Below are positions 51,589-60,848 of a stretch of 64,000 nt of DNA, in pieces (within the stretch, counting starts at the first letter, position 1; the number at the start of each line of letters is the position of its first letter). The stretch is from Bacteroidales bacterium. Its GTDB lineage: Bacteria > Bacteroidota > Bacteroidia > Bacteroidales > VadinHA17. The stretch covers positions 3,069 through 67,068 of the forward strand of contig JASJGS010000243.1 in assembly GCA_033791445.1 (NCBI GenBank). The letters are read 5' to 3'. The notes beneath the pieces were generated by a model that worked only from the letters and a program-made list of their open reading frames with translations, did no database searches and had not been told where the DNA came from. The translations under genes were made by a program, and so were the position numbers.

Positions 51589-51612
51589 GTCGAAAGTCAA
51601 AATGTCAAAAAG
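51589..51612 (-). repeat. Inverted copy of the 8-bp repeat (3 units)
   Basis: Minus strand reads ctttttga cattttga ctttcga c. Confidence 0.75.
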
Positions 51613-51976
51613 TGAAATGGAAAAGGCAAAAAGATTCGAAGAATTATGGGTTTGGCAACAAGCACGTGAATTAGTTATGAAAACATATAATGATTTCCCA
51701 AATGGTTCTTCCTTTAATGATTATGGTTTTCTCAATCAGATCCAGCGAGCCAGTATTTCGATAATGAACAACATTGCTGAGGGTTTTGAACGCCATACTG
51801 AATTTGCACGGTTTCTTGATATTGCAAAAGGATCTTGTGGTGAGGTGCGAAGCTTATATTATACCGCAGAAGACTTAGGCTATATCAAATCTTCAATTGC
51901 AGAGGAGAGACGAACCAGGGCAAAACAAATATCTGCTGGAATTGCATCTCTTACCAAATATCTGCGATCTTCCTGA
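51602..51976 (+). CDS. Four-helix-bundle protein (23S rRNA IVS / TIGR02436-like)
   Basis: FEEL.VWQ.AR, QIQRAS.SIM.NIAEGFER, FL.IAKGS.GEVRS; alternative start at 51617. Confidence 0.92.
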   Translation: MSKSEMEKAKRFEELWVWQQARELVMKTYNDFPNGSSFNDYGFLNQIQRASISIMNNIAEGFERHTEFARFLDIAKGSCGEVRSLYYTAEDLGYIKSSIAEERRTRAKQISAGIASLTKYLRSS

Positions 51977-52011
51977 AAGTAATTTAGGCCCTAATAAACT
52001 CTACTAGCTGC

Positions 52012-52226
52012 TTCCAGGACCCTTAGATCCATATACTTTTTGTCTTTTATACTCTTAGACTCATAGACTTTTGTACTCCTAGGCCTTTTGACTCTTGCAC
52101 TTTTCGACCTTTGACTTTTAGATTTGTTGACCTTAAGACCCTTCGACTTTTTGTCTTTTGTACCTTTTTACTTTTGTACTCTTGGACCTTTTGGCTCTTA
52201 GACTTCTGGACTCCCCGACTCTTAAC
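52012..52226 (+). repeat. Degenerate 8-bp tandem repeat, about 27 units (downstream array), consensus CTYTTNGA
   Basis: e.g. ctcttaga ctcataga cttttgta ctcctagg ccttttga ctcttgca cttttcga; one 7-nt unit at 52108. Confidence 0.9.
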
Positions 52227-52336
52227 ATCTGAAATTGATTATTTTCTTACCTTTAAAGTCTTTGTTTAGAATAGACTGCTTAAGTTTATTGTGGAACTAA
52301 CAGCTTATAAAACATTATTTTTGAAATCAGCTATCT

Positions 52337-53464
52337 ATGAAAATATCATCCAATTTCGATGGTGGAAATATTAAGGTTTTATCGATTGATTCGATGGACG
52401 ATATCCAACTTGAAATCCGAAAGGACACCTTATCAGATTTTTCACAATGGTTTTATTTCAGAATGCAGGGTGCTGCTGGCTATCCATGCAGCATCAAAAT
52501 CTTGAATGCCGGGGATACTTTTGAACCAGATGGCTGGAAAGATTACAATGCTGTGGCATCTTACGACCGACTGAACTGGTTTCGTGTTCCCACATCATTT
52601 AATGGCCAGGTACTTAGTATTGAGCACAAACCAGAGTTTAATTCAGTTTTCTATGCTTATTTTACTCCATTCTCCTATGAGCAGCATTTAGATATGGTTC
52701 ACTCTGCCCAGATTTCACCTCTTTGTGTACTGGAGTCGCTTGGGGATACTGTCCAGGAGCGGGATATAGATCTGTTAACTATCGGAGATCCTGGTGATGA
52801 CAAAAGGAAAATATGGCTTATTGCCAGGCAGCATCCGGGTGAAACAATGGCATCATGGTTTATGGAAGGGTTTATCAGCCGATTGTTAGACGAAAGTGAC
52901 GCCGTCTCCAGGAAGCTTCTTCAAAAAGCTGTTTTCTACCTCGTTCCCAACATCAATGTGGATGGTTCCATGCTTGGTAATTTAAGGGTTAACGCTGCAG
53001 GGAGAAACCTCAACCGCGAGTGGGCTAATCCAAGCAAGTCTAAGAGTCCTGAAGTATATCATGTACTCCATAAAATGGAAGAGACTGGGGTAGACCTGAA
53101 CCTTGATATCCATGGAGATGAATCTCTGCCATACAATTTCATATCTTCCATTCAAGGCATACCCGCTTTTAACGAGAGGCTAAAAACTCTTCAGGACAAG
53201 TTTCTATCCAGGTGGATAGAGGTAACCCCTGATTTCCAGATAGAACATGGATACAAAAAAGATGAACCAGGGAAAGCAAATCTGAATATTTGTTCCAAAC
53301 AGATCGGCCAAAAATTTAATTGCCTCTCTCTTACCGTTGAAATGCCATTCAAAGACAACAAAAACTTACCCTATCCTGCCACAGGATGGTCTCCTGAAAG
53401 ATCAGCAATTTATGGAGAATCTGTTCTAAATGTAATTCTTTCCATTGTGGATGATCTTCGCTAA
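52337..53464 (+). CDS. M14 family cytosolic-type zinc carboxypeptidase
   Basis: NFDGGNI, QWFYF, ARQHPGE, N.DG...GNLR.N..G.NLNREW, LDIHGDE, LTVEMPFKD. Confidence 0.92.
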   Translation: MKISSNFDGGNIKVLSIDSMDDIQLEIRKDTLSDFSQWFYFRMQGAAGYPCSIKILNAGDTFEPDGWKDYNAVASYDRLNWFRVPTSFNGQVLSIEHKPEFNSVFYAYFTPFSYEQHLDMVHSAQISPLCVLESLGDTVQERDIDLLTIGDPGDDKRKIWLIARQHPGETMASWFMEGFISRLLDESDAVSRKLLQKAVFYLVPNINVDGSMLGNLRVNAAGRNLNREWANPSKSKSPEVYHVLHKMEETGVDLNLDIHGDESLPYNFISSIQGIPAFNERLKTLQDKFLSRWIEVTPDFQIEHGYKKDEPGKANLNICSKQIGQKFNCLSLTVEMPFKDNKNLPYPATGWSPERSAIYGESVLNVILSIVDDLR

Positions 53465-53481
53465 CTAACATCACATAAATC

Positions 53482-54099
53482 ATGGAGAAATATTTAAATT
53501 TTGCCAAATACTTTTACATATGCATTGGATTATTCACTATTCTATTTTGCATATCGGTACCTGTCACTAAAATGGAAAAGCAACTCCGTCGGTTTTACGA
53601 ATCAGATTTAAAATTCAATAAAAAAGAAGCTGAAAAGGATTTTAAACTGAACAATTATAATACACAGAAAAAACGCATTGAAGATTTAAATTTTGCAGTT
53701 GATCAAACAGCCAATCAAATAAGTATCTTAATATTTAATGCCGAAATTTTGAATGATTCTATTCTTAGAATGATGAATGATCCTATTGGTATTGCCGGCC
53801 TGTCTGACTCCCTGGCAGTATTGGATAAAACAATTAGACAGAGTGAATTGCTGGTTGATTCATTAAACAAAGTATTTGAAGAAAACTCGAGTAACTTGCT
53901 TAAAATGATGGAAGAGTACGATAAAAAGGACCAGGAAATTAAGCTTATGACAATCGAGGCAGATGGCCTGAGAAAATTCATTTTCACATCAAAAATACTT
54001 CTGATCACAAATCTTGCATTATTTGTATTAACACTATTCCTTGGAGTTATCTTACTAATAAAAGGATTGGCAATGCGGAGGATAAAAACACCATTATGA
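53482..54099 (+). CDS. Hypothetical membrane protein with coiled-coil periplasmic domain
   Basis: TM at each end, heptad-like middle. Confidence 0.7.
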   Translation: MEKYLNFAKYFYICIGLFTILFCISVPVTKMEKQLRRFYESDLKFNKKEAEKDFKLNNYNTQKKRIEDLNFAVDQTANQISILIFNAEILNDSILRMMNDPIGIAGLSDSLAVLDKTIRQSELLVDSLNKVFEENSSNLLKMMEEYDKKDQEIKLMTIEADGLRKFIFTSKILLITNLALFVLTLFLGVILLIKGLAMRRIKTPL

Positions 54100-54263
54100 T
54101 TGAAGTAAATTCTTAAATGAAAATACCTCAAATCATCAAATAAAAAAAATCTCATATTGTTATCGTCCGATAACAGATTTCATTAAATTTGAACCCGCTG
54201 TAATTAAGGTATTAACCGAATATCAACTTATCAGAAATAATATTTATTTAAATTTATTCTTAA

Positions 54264-55469
54264 ATGGCAAATACAAAAAAAATTAAAGGCATAATTGCGA
54301 TCCTAACTGGTGGTGGAGATGTTCCAGGTCTGAACCCAGCAATTCGAGCAGTTACAATCAGGGCAAATCGTGAAGGATATAGGGTAATTGGATTAAGACG
54401 TGGATGGGCAGGAATAACTGAACTTAAAAGAGACAAGAAGGCCGATAACAGCATGAATTATGTCACTTTAACGGATGACATCGTAAATAAGGCAGGTCGA
54501 ACTGGTGGTACTTTTTTGCATTCCTCAAGGACCCGGCCCAGTCATATGCCAAAAGAAAAAGTTCCTGAACACTTAAAATCAAGTTATAATGAGGAGGTCA
54601 ATGACCTTACTCCTGAGATCATTAAAAACCTTGAATGGCTGGGCGTTGATTTTTTAATCCCCATTGGTGGTGATGATACCTTAAGTTATGGGGTTCGCCT
54701 GTACAAAGAAGGGGTAAAGGTTGTAGCAATTCCAAAAACAATGGATAATGATGTACCTGGTACAGATTATTGCATAGGTTTTAGCACCTGCGTTACCCGA
54801 ACTATTATGATGACGAATAATCTTCGTACTTCTGCCGGTTCACATGAAAGGATTCTGGTTATGGAAGTTTTTGGCCGCTATGCTGGTTTTACCGCTATGT
54901 TACCAACCATGGCCGGAACAGCGGACAGATGTGTAATACCTGAATATAAATTTGATATTGATCATCTTACTGAACTTCTTGTATATGATAGAAATAAAAA
55001 TACCAGTAAGTATTCCATAGTTCTTATCTCAGAAGGGGCCATGTATAAGGGAGGGGAAATGGTCTTCCAAGATGCAGAAAAAGATATGTTTGGGCATGCA
55101 AAGTTAGGCGGTATCGGAGACCAGGTTTCTTTGCAAATAAAAGGTCTTTCCTCCAAGTATAATAATGGTGCCACCATAAATGTAATTAACCAGAAGCTGG
55201 GTTACCTTGTTCGGGGTGGAGATCCGGATGCAGTTGATTCTATTGTACCAATGGCATTTGGAAACCTTGCACTTGATCTTATCCTGGGCGGATTTCATGG
55301 CCGATTGGTTGTATTGAAAAACGGTAGATACGACGATGTTCCAATTGACGTTGTAACCAGCTCAAAAAAGATAGTAAACGTAGAAAAATACTATAATATT
55401 AAACGCTTAAGACCTCATTATCACAGATTTGAAATGAAGCCTCTTTTCCTTATGGCGGCTGATAGCTAA
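54264..55469 (+). CDS. 6-phosphofructokinase family, probably PPi-dependent
   Basis: LTGGGDVPGLN, GGTFLHSSR, IGGDDT, PKTMDND, EVFGRYAG. Confidence 0.9.
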   Translation: MANTKKIKGIIAILTGGGDVPGLNPAIRAVTIRANREGYRVIGLRRGWAGITELKRDKKADNSMNYVTLTDDIVNKAGRTGGTFLHSSRTRPSHMPKEKVPEHLKSSYNEEVNDLTPEIIKNLEWLGVDFLIPIGGDDTLSYGVRLYKEGVKVVAIPKTMDNDVPGTDYCIGFSTCVTRTIMMTNNLRTSAGSHERILVMEVFGRYAGFTAMLPTMAGTADRCVIPEYKFDIDHLTELLVYDRNKNTSKYSIVLISEGAMYKGGEMVFQDAEKDMFGHAKLGGIGDQVSLQIKGLSSKYNNGATINVINQKLGYLVRGGDPDAVDSIVPMAFGNLALDLILGGFHGRLVVLKNGRYDDVPIDVVTSSKKIVNVEKYYNIKRLRPHYHRFEMKPLFLMAADS

Positions 55470-55494
55470 TAAGTTTATTCATAATTGAATACTG

Positions 55495-55524
55495 AGCCCA
55501 ATTAAATGAAATTGGGCTTTTTTT
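55495..55524 (+). terminator. Rho-independent terminator
   Basis: AGCCCAATT-AAATGA-AATTGGGCT stem followed by a T tract, 25 nt after the pfk stop. Confidence 0.85.
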
Positions 55525-55574
55525 GTTTTTTAATTAACTTGTTTGTATCATTCATATAAAATTTCCTGAAAATT

Positions 55575-56174
55575 ATGAGAAAGAAATCTCGCTTTGAAAC
55601 CAGATATATAACTGGAGATTTGCCATGGGATGTGAAAAGAGCTGATTCAAGCCTCACAAATCTGGTTGAAGATAAAACCATTCCGAAAGGCAAGGTTTTG
55701 GAAATCGGTTGTGGAACGGGAGACAATTCAATTTGGTTGGCACAACAAAATTTTGAAGTAACAGCTTGCGATGTATCAGCAACAGCTATTAAGCTGGCTA
55801 CTGAAAAAGCCAGAAATAACAATGTGGACTGCAGGTTTATTGTAGCCGATATTCTTCATGATTCAATTTCAGAAGGTCTTTTTGATTTCGTTTTTGACAG
55901 AGGCTGTTTTCATAGCTTTCGAACAAATAAGAAAAGACTTAAAATTGCCAGGAATGTAGCTTCTCACTTGAATGCAAAAGGTTTGTGGCTTTCTTTAATT
56001 GGCTCTGCTGATGCCCCACCGAGAGAAATCGGACCGCCCATGCATTCTGCCAGGAATATAGCAGATGCAGTCGAAAAATATTTTGAAATTATCTCTCTTA
56101 CTAAAAGTCACTTTGAAACCGATCAGGCCAACCCGGCTCCAAATTGGGTATGCCTTATGAAAAAAAGAGATTGA
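55575..56174 (+). CDS. Class I SAM-dependent methyltransferase (TPMT-like)
   Basis: LPWD, VLEIGCGTG, D.S..AI, FDFVFDRGCFH. Confidence 0.9.
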   Translation: MRKKSRFETRYITGDLPWDVKRADSSLTNLVEDKTIPKGKVLEIGCGTGDNSIWLAQQNFEVTACDVSATAIKLATEKARNNNVDCRFIVADILHDSISEGLFDFVFDRGCFHSFRTNKKRLKIARNVASHLNAKGLWLSLIGSADAPPREIGPPMHSARNIADAVEKYFEIISLTKSHFETDQANPAPNWVCLMKKRD

Positions 56175-56210
56175 TTAGAATCTATACAGAAGGAAATGCT
56201 CAAAAACGTT

Positions 56211-56282
56211 TTGTCATTTCGAGGAAGGTAACGACGAGACCCGCTTGCCGGTAGGCAGGTTTCAATTCATTAGAAATGACAA
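56211..56282. repeat. REP/MITE-like palindromic element with an inner GC-rich hairpin
   Basis: TTGTCATTTC / GAAATGACAA 10-bp terminal inverted repeats; inner CCCGCTTGCCGGTAGGCAGG. Confidence 0.7.
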
Positions 56283-56352
56283 TGAAAAATGGTAGTTTTA
56301 TTCTTAATTTTGCAAGAAGGATATAAAACAGGTAAAAATTTTCAATAATAAG

Positions 56353-56805
56353 GTGAGAGCAGTAATACAAAAGGTCCAAAAAGCCGCTGTAAGTATCAAC
56401 GATAAAGTTAAATCTGAAATTAAGTCAGGCTTACTTATATTCATCGGAATAGAAGAGGAAGACACCCATGATGATAAAGAATGGCTGTGTAAAAAAATTG
56501 CCCAATTAAGAATATTTGATGATGAGAAAGGTGTCATGAATCTCTCCATACAGGATGTTGATGGTGAGGCTCTTGTAATAAGTCAATTTACTCTTCATGC
56601 GAAAACAAAAAAGGGAAACCGGCCCTCCTACATCAAAGCAGCAAAGCCTGAAATGGCTATTCCATTTTATAATAAATTTGTAAAAACATTAAACCAGTTA
56701 ATAAATAAAGAGGTTCAAACGGGTGAATTTGGGGCTTATATGAAAATATCACTGATAAATGATGGGCCGGTTACTATATATATTGATACCAAAAATAAGG
56801 AATAA
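56353..56805 (+). CDS. dtd: D-aminoacyl-tRNA deacylase
   Basis: MRAVIQ.V, LRIF.D..G.MN.S, SQFTL, GNRPS, FGA.M...NDGPVT. Confidence 0.96.
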   Translation: MRAVIQKVQKAAVSINDKVKSEIKSGLLIFIGIEEEDTHDDKEWLCKKIAQLRIFDDEKGVMNLSIQDVDGEALVISQFTLHAKTKKGNRPSYIKAAKPEMAIPFYNKFVKTLNQLINKEVQTGEFGAYMKISLINDGPVTIYIDTKNKE

Positions 56806-56865
56806 GAACCTCAGAAAACCAGAAATCTCTCTTAATATTAATCACATCTATATTTATTCAACAAA

Positions 56866-57201
56866 ATGACCATAGAAGAAGCACAAAAGCAGGTAGATAA
56901 TTGGATCAACAAATATGGAGTCAGATATTTTAATGAACTTACCAACATGGTACTTCTAACTGAAGAAGTAGGAGAACTGGCCAGGATTATTGCCAGAAAA
57001 TATGGAGAGCAGTCTTTCAAAAAGAATGAAGAAGATACCAACCTGGGTGATGAAATGGCTGATATACTTTTTGTCCTCATTTGTATGGCCAACCAAACCG
57101 GAGTAAATTTAACCGATGCTCTTGAAAAGAACCTGTCAAAAAAGACCATAAGAGATAATGAGCGACACCAGAATAATGATAAATTATCAGACTTTAGATA
57201 A
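56866..57201 (+). CDS. MazG-like nucleotide pyrophosphohydrolase (YpjD type)
   Basis: LTEEVGELAR, YGEQSFK, DEMADILFV..C.AN. Confidence 0.92.
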   Translation: MTIEEAQKQVDNWINKYGVRYFNELTNMVLLTEEVGELARIIARKYGEQSFKKNEEDTNLGDEMADILFVLICMANQTGVNLTDALEKNLSKKTIRDNERHQNNDKLSDFR

Positions 57202-57230
57202 TAGTATTTCAATATAAAATAGAAACCAGA

Positions 57231-58106
57231 ATGAACACACTAGAGATGCCCACAAACCATGAAAACATTGAACTTAAGGTCGCAGAAATGATAGAAAACA
57301 GCAAGCAGGAAATGTCTGTTGCAAACCTCAAAAAAATCATGAATCTTATCGATCTTACTACTTTAAGTGTTACCGATAATGAGGCAAATGTATCTGAATT
57401 GTGTAATAAGGTAGAGCGTTTCCCCAGTGTATTTCCTAATATTCCTAATGTTGCTGCTGTTTGTGTATATCCCTCATTAATTCAGGTAGTTTGCTCCACC
57501 ATTAAAAATGCAAACATTGGTTTTGCATCCGTTGGCGGAGGATTCCCTGCCTCGCAAACATTTATGGAAATTAAAATAAAGGAGGCACAATTGGCTGTTG
57601 AACGAGGTGCAACCGAAATAGATATTGTACTGAATGTTGGAAATTTTCTTGCAGGCAAATATGTTGAAGTGCAGGATGAAATTGCAGTGCTTAAAAAAGC
57701 TACGGGTAATGCAAAGCTTAAGGTAATACTGGAAACAGGAGCCCTGCCAGGATATGGCGCCGTTAGAAAAGCTTCCTTTCTTGCCATGGACGGTGGAGCT
57801 GATTTCATTAAAACATCTACTGGAAAGATTGAGCCGGCTGCTACTCCGGAAGCTTTTTTAGTTATGGTGGAAGCCATTCATGATTTCTTTAATGAAACGG
57901 GTAAAGCTATTGGTATTAAACCTGCAGGGGGGATCTCGACTCCAGAGGATGCATTAATTTATTTCACTATAGTCAAGAATATACTGGGAGAACATTGGTT
58001 AAACAATAAATTATTCAGAATTGGAGCTAGTAGACTAAGCAATAATTTACTGGGCAAAATTCAGGATCTATCCGGAGAAAGACAGTCCTTTCTGCCTTAT
58101 TTTTAA
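57231..58106 (+). CDS. deoC: Deoxyribose-phosphate aldolase
   Basis: IDLTTL, AVCVYP, GFP, EIDIV, LKVILETG, FIKTSTGK, KPAGG, RIGAS. Confidence 0.95.
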   Translation: MNTLEMPTNHENIELKVAEMIENSKQEMSVANLKKIMNLIDLTTLSVTDNEANVSELCNKVERFPSVFPNIPNVAAVCVYPSLIQVVCSTIKNANIGFASVGGGFPASQTFMEIKIKEAQLAVERGATEIDIVLNVGNFLAGKYVEVQDEIAVLKKATGNAKLKVILETGALPGYGAVRKASFLAMDGGADFIKTSTGKIEPAATPEAFLVMVEAIHDFFNETGKAIGIKPAGGISTPEDALIYFTIVKNILGEHWLNNKLFRIGASRLSNNLLGKIQDLSGERQSFLPYF

Positions 58107-58143
58107 ATCTATTTTTGTCTTTCCCTAAACTTTTAAATTTCTG

Positions 58144-58151
58144 TATCTTTG
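58144..58151 (+). promoter_or_regulatory. -7 box for the DUF4271 gene
   Basis: TATCTTTG 18 nt before the ATG at 58170. Confidence 0.55.
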
Positions 58152-58169
58152 TGCAAATTTTTTTCATAA

Positions 58170-59336
58170 ATGAACGGGAAAACAAAAAATAAATTCATTC
58201 AGCCTCAGGATACTATTCCCGTTTTAAAGCAAGATACTTTACAAAAAATTGATTCTGTTCCTGCATCAATCTCACTGCAAAAGGATACAACAAAGACAGA
58301 CAGTACTCAAATAAGCATTAAAAAATATTCGCAAAGCGAGACAGATAGCATCTTTATTCAAAATGAGCTCCGGTTAAAAAGAATTGAATCGCAGCGCATT
58401 CGAAGGGCTCAACAGCAAAAGGATCAGGCAACTAAAGAGATTGAGCTTCAAGAGCAGAAGGTCGATTTTGAATCGAATAGTATCATATTCTCTTATGACT
58501 CACTTACGAATTGGCCAGACCCCTATTTCTTAGATAAAATACAACTGGAACCTGTTCAAAAAGCTTCCCGGGAAGCCGATTTTTATATTTATGAAGATCG
58601 TGGAACTGAAAAGGATAATACTCAAATTATTTTAATTAATCCTAAAAGTTCCGTTCATAACCAGAATAGGACAAATGCTGCAGAAAATAGTAATCACGCC
58701 TGGTATTTAATCATATTCTTGCTTGTGTTAGCCCAATTAGCCAGGGTAAGGTTATATTATGGAAAGTATTTTGCCCCAGTATTTTATTCCCTGGTTAGTT
58801 ATAAAACCGAGAATAATTTATACCGAAATAAAAATACGCCGTTTATCCGGTTTAGTTTTGGTTTAAATACCATCTTTTTTCTCATCGCTCCCATATTTTT
58901 CTTACAGGTTTCTGATTTTTTTGAGTTAAACATATTGAATTACAACCCTATAATAAACTACCTTATACTGGTTGGCGTTTTCATTCTTTGGTATTTCATA
59001 AAATTTATTGTGCTGCAACTTATTGGATATATCTCTTTTTCACAAAAATTATTTAGTGAATATTTTTTTAGTTTTTCTCTTTCTGTAAAAAATATTGCTC
59101 TGTTTTTAATTCCCGTTTCAATTTTTGAGGCATATATTGATACCGGAATGAATCATTTATTTATTTATCTCGGATTGGTGATAATCGGATTGGTCTATTT
59201 ATTAAGGGTGTTCAGGCTGCTGTATTTATTTCTTATCAAAAGATTTTCTGTATTATATGGAATTTTGTATCTTTGCGCCTTGGAAATTTTACCTATTCTG
59301 ATCTTGATCAGGATTTTGTTTCTAAGCAGCCAATAA
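58170..59336 (+). CDS. DUF4271 family membrane protein
   Basis: C-terminal multi-TM region ending ILYLCALEILP; upstream of hemD as is usual in Bacteroidota. Confidence 0.82.
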   Translation: MNGKTKNKFIQPQDTIPVLKQDTLQKIDSVPASISLQKDTTKTDSTQISIKKYSQSETDSIFIQNELRLKRIESQRIRRAQQQKDQATKEIELQEQKVDFESNSIIFSYDSLTNWPDPYFLDKIQLEPVQKASREADFYIYEDRGTEKDNTQIILINPKSSVHNQNRTNAAENSNHAWYLIIFLLVLAQLARVRLYYGKYFAPVFYSLVSYKTENNLYRNKNTPFIRFSFGLNTIFFLIAPIFFLQVSDFFELNILNYNPIINYLILVGVFILWYFIKFIVLQLIGYISFSQKLFSEYFFSFSLSVKNIALFLIPVSIFEAYIDTGMNHLFIYLGLVIIGLVYLLRVFRLLYLFLIKRFSVLYGILYLCALEILPILILIRILFLSSQ

Positions 59337-59363
59337 GATTCGTTTAATCTAAATTTACGAGCC

Positions 59364-60113
59364 TTGAAAATAAAAAAAATCCTTGTTTCTCAGCCAGCCC
59401 CATTGAATGGAAAGTCTCCTTATTTTGATTTGGCTGAAAAAAATAACCTGAAAATTGATTTTCAACCTTTTATTCATGTGGAAGGTATAGCAGTTAAAGA
59501 ATTCAGGCAATACAGAATCAATATCCTTGATCATACGGCCGTTATTTTTACAAGTAAAACTGCTATTGATCATTTCTTTCGTATTGCTGAGGAAATGAGA
59601 ATCCAGGTTCCAGATTCTATGAAGTATTTTTGTGTAACAGAAGCGAATGCACATTACCTTCAAAAGTATATCGTATATAGAAAACGGAAGATATTCTATG
59701 GTAAAGGAACTTTCCCGGATCTTATGGAATTAATTGCCAAGAATCACGAAGAGAAGTATATATGCCCCTTGTCTGATGTTCATAAAACTGAGATTCCGGA
59801 ATTGCTGAAAAAAAGTAAAATCAATTATTCCAAAGCGATTTTTTACAAGACTGTTTGTAGTGATCTTTCAAGCCTTTCTGAAGTAAAGTATGATATACTT
59901 GTGTTTTTCAGTCCAACAGGTATTAAATCGCTTTTGCATAATTTTCCAGACTTTGAGCAAAACAATACTAAAATAGCTGTCTTTGGACCAACCACTGCAA
60001 ATGCAGTTAAGGAGGCTGGTTTAAGGATTGATATTCAGGCACCAAATTCAAAAGCCCCTTCAATGACAATGGCCCTGGATCAATTCATTGTTGATTTTAA
60101 TAAGAAGAATTAG
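59364..60113 (+). CDS. hemD: Uroporphyrinogen-III synthase
   Basis: ILVSQP.P...SPY, FTSK.AIDHFF, YLQKYI.YRKRK, FFSP.GI, APSMT.AL. Confidence 0.9.
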   Translation: MKIKKILVSQPAPLNGKSPYFDLAEKNNLKIDFQPFIHVEGIAVKEFRQYRINILDHTAVIFTSKTAIDHFFRIAEEMRIQVPDSMKYFCVTEANAHYLQKYIVYRKRKIFYGKGTFPDLMELIAKNHEEKYICPLSDVHKTEIPELLKKSKINYSKAIFYKTVCSDLSSLSEVKYDILVFFSPTGIKSLLHNFPDFEQNNTKIAVFGPTTANAVKEAGLRIDIQAPNSKAPSMTMALDQFIVDFNKKN

Positions 60114-60184
60114 TAATTATCTGCTCTTCTTTATTTTAATAAAGCACTTTTAGATTTTTCTATTGGTCTCCATGTTTAACTGTT

Positions 60185-60571
60185 TTGGTGAAAAAACACA
60201 CGCTTAAAAAACAGGAAAGGCTTAAAAGCCGAAAAGTTATTGAAAAACTATTTGCTGAAGGAAATACTTTTACAATAAATCCCTATCGCATTTTCTGGTT
60301 GCCCCTTGAAGAACAGGATACGCCCTTGAAATTTGCTATTGGTGTTCCAAAAAAGAGATTCAAAAATGCAGTTGACCGAAATCTCTTAAAACGGAGATCC
60401 AAAGAAGCATATCGCACGCAAAAGTATGAACTGGAAGATTCTCTTCAATTTAATAATATGAAGATCTCAATATTTCTTGTCTATATTAATGATACGGTTG
60501 TTGAATACCCTGTCATTCATGAACAAGTTCAGAAGATCATTCACAAATTAATAACGAATTTGAATCTTTAG
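60185..60571 (+). CDS. rnpA: Ribonuclease P protein component
   Basis: ERLKS...I..LF, VPKK.FK.AVDRN..KRR..EAYR; start at 60185 or 60188. Confidence 0.93.
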   Translation: MVKKHTLKKQERLKSRKVIEKLFAEGNTFTINPYRIFWLPLEEQDTPLKFAIGVPKKRFKNAVDRNLLKRRSKEAYRTQKYELEDSLQFNNMKISIFLVYINDTVVEYPVIHEQVQKIIHKLITNLNL

Positions 60572-60592
60572 ATTGTTTTTATTGTTGTTAAA

Positions 60593-60814
60593 ATGAAAAA
60601 GGTTATAAGCATACTCATGATAGGCCTGGTAAAATTTTATCAGAAAGCTATTTCTCCGCTTTTTCCTTCTGTGTGTCGATATACACCAAGTTGTTCATCT
60701 TACAGTATTGAGTCCCTTCAAAAACATGGACCATTCAGGGGAGGTTGGTTGTCAATAAAACGATTTTTATCTTGTAACCCCTGGGGAGGAAATGGATATG
60801 ACCCAGTACCCTAA
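60593..60814 (+). CDS. yidD: Membrane protein insertion efficiency factor
   Basis: YQ..ISP....CRY.PSCS.Y, RF..CNPWGG.GYDPVP. Confidence 0.95.
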   Translation: MKKVISILMIGLVKFYQKAISPLFPSVCRYTPSCSSYSIESLQKHGPFRGGWLSIKRFLSCNPWGGNGYDPVP

Positions 60815-60848
60815 TAACAAGGTATAACTTACTGAATATAAATAAATA

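Noticed and set aside
51602-51976. Diversity-generating retroelement or rRNA intervening sequence
   Set aside because: No reverse transcriptase, TR/VR pair or rRNA sequence seen in the window
52012-52226. CRISPR array
   Set aside because: Units are 8 nt, contiguous and degenerate, with no 25-45 nt repeats, unique spacers or cas genes
8645-56174. Selenoproteins by UGA read-through, prompted by mnmH
   Set aside because: The TGA-terminated genes I examined end at plausible C-termini, with no UGA at a catalytic Cys position; not an exhaustive search
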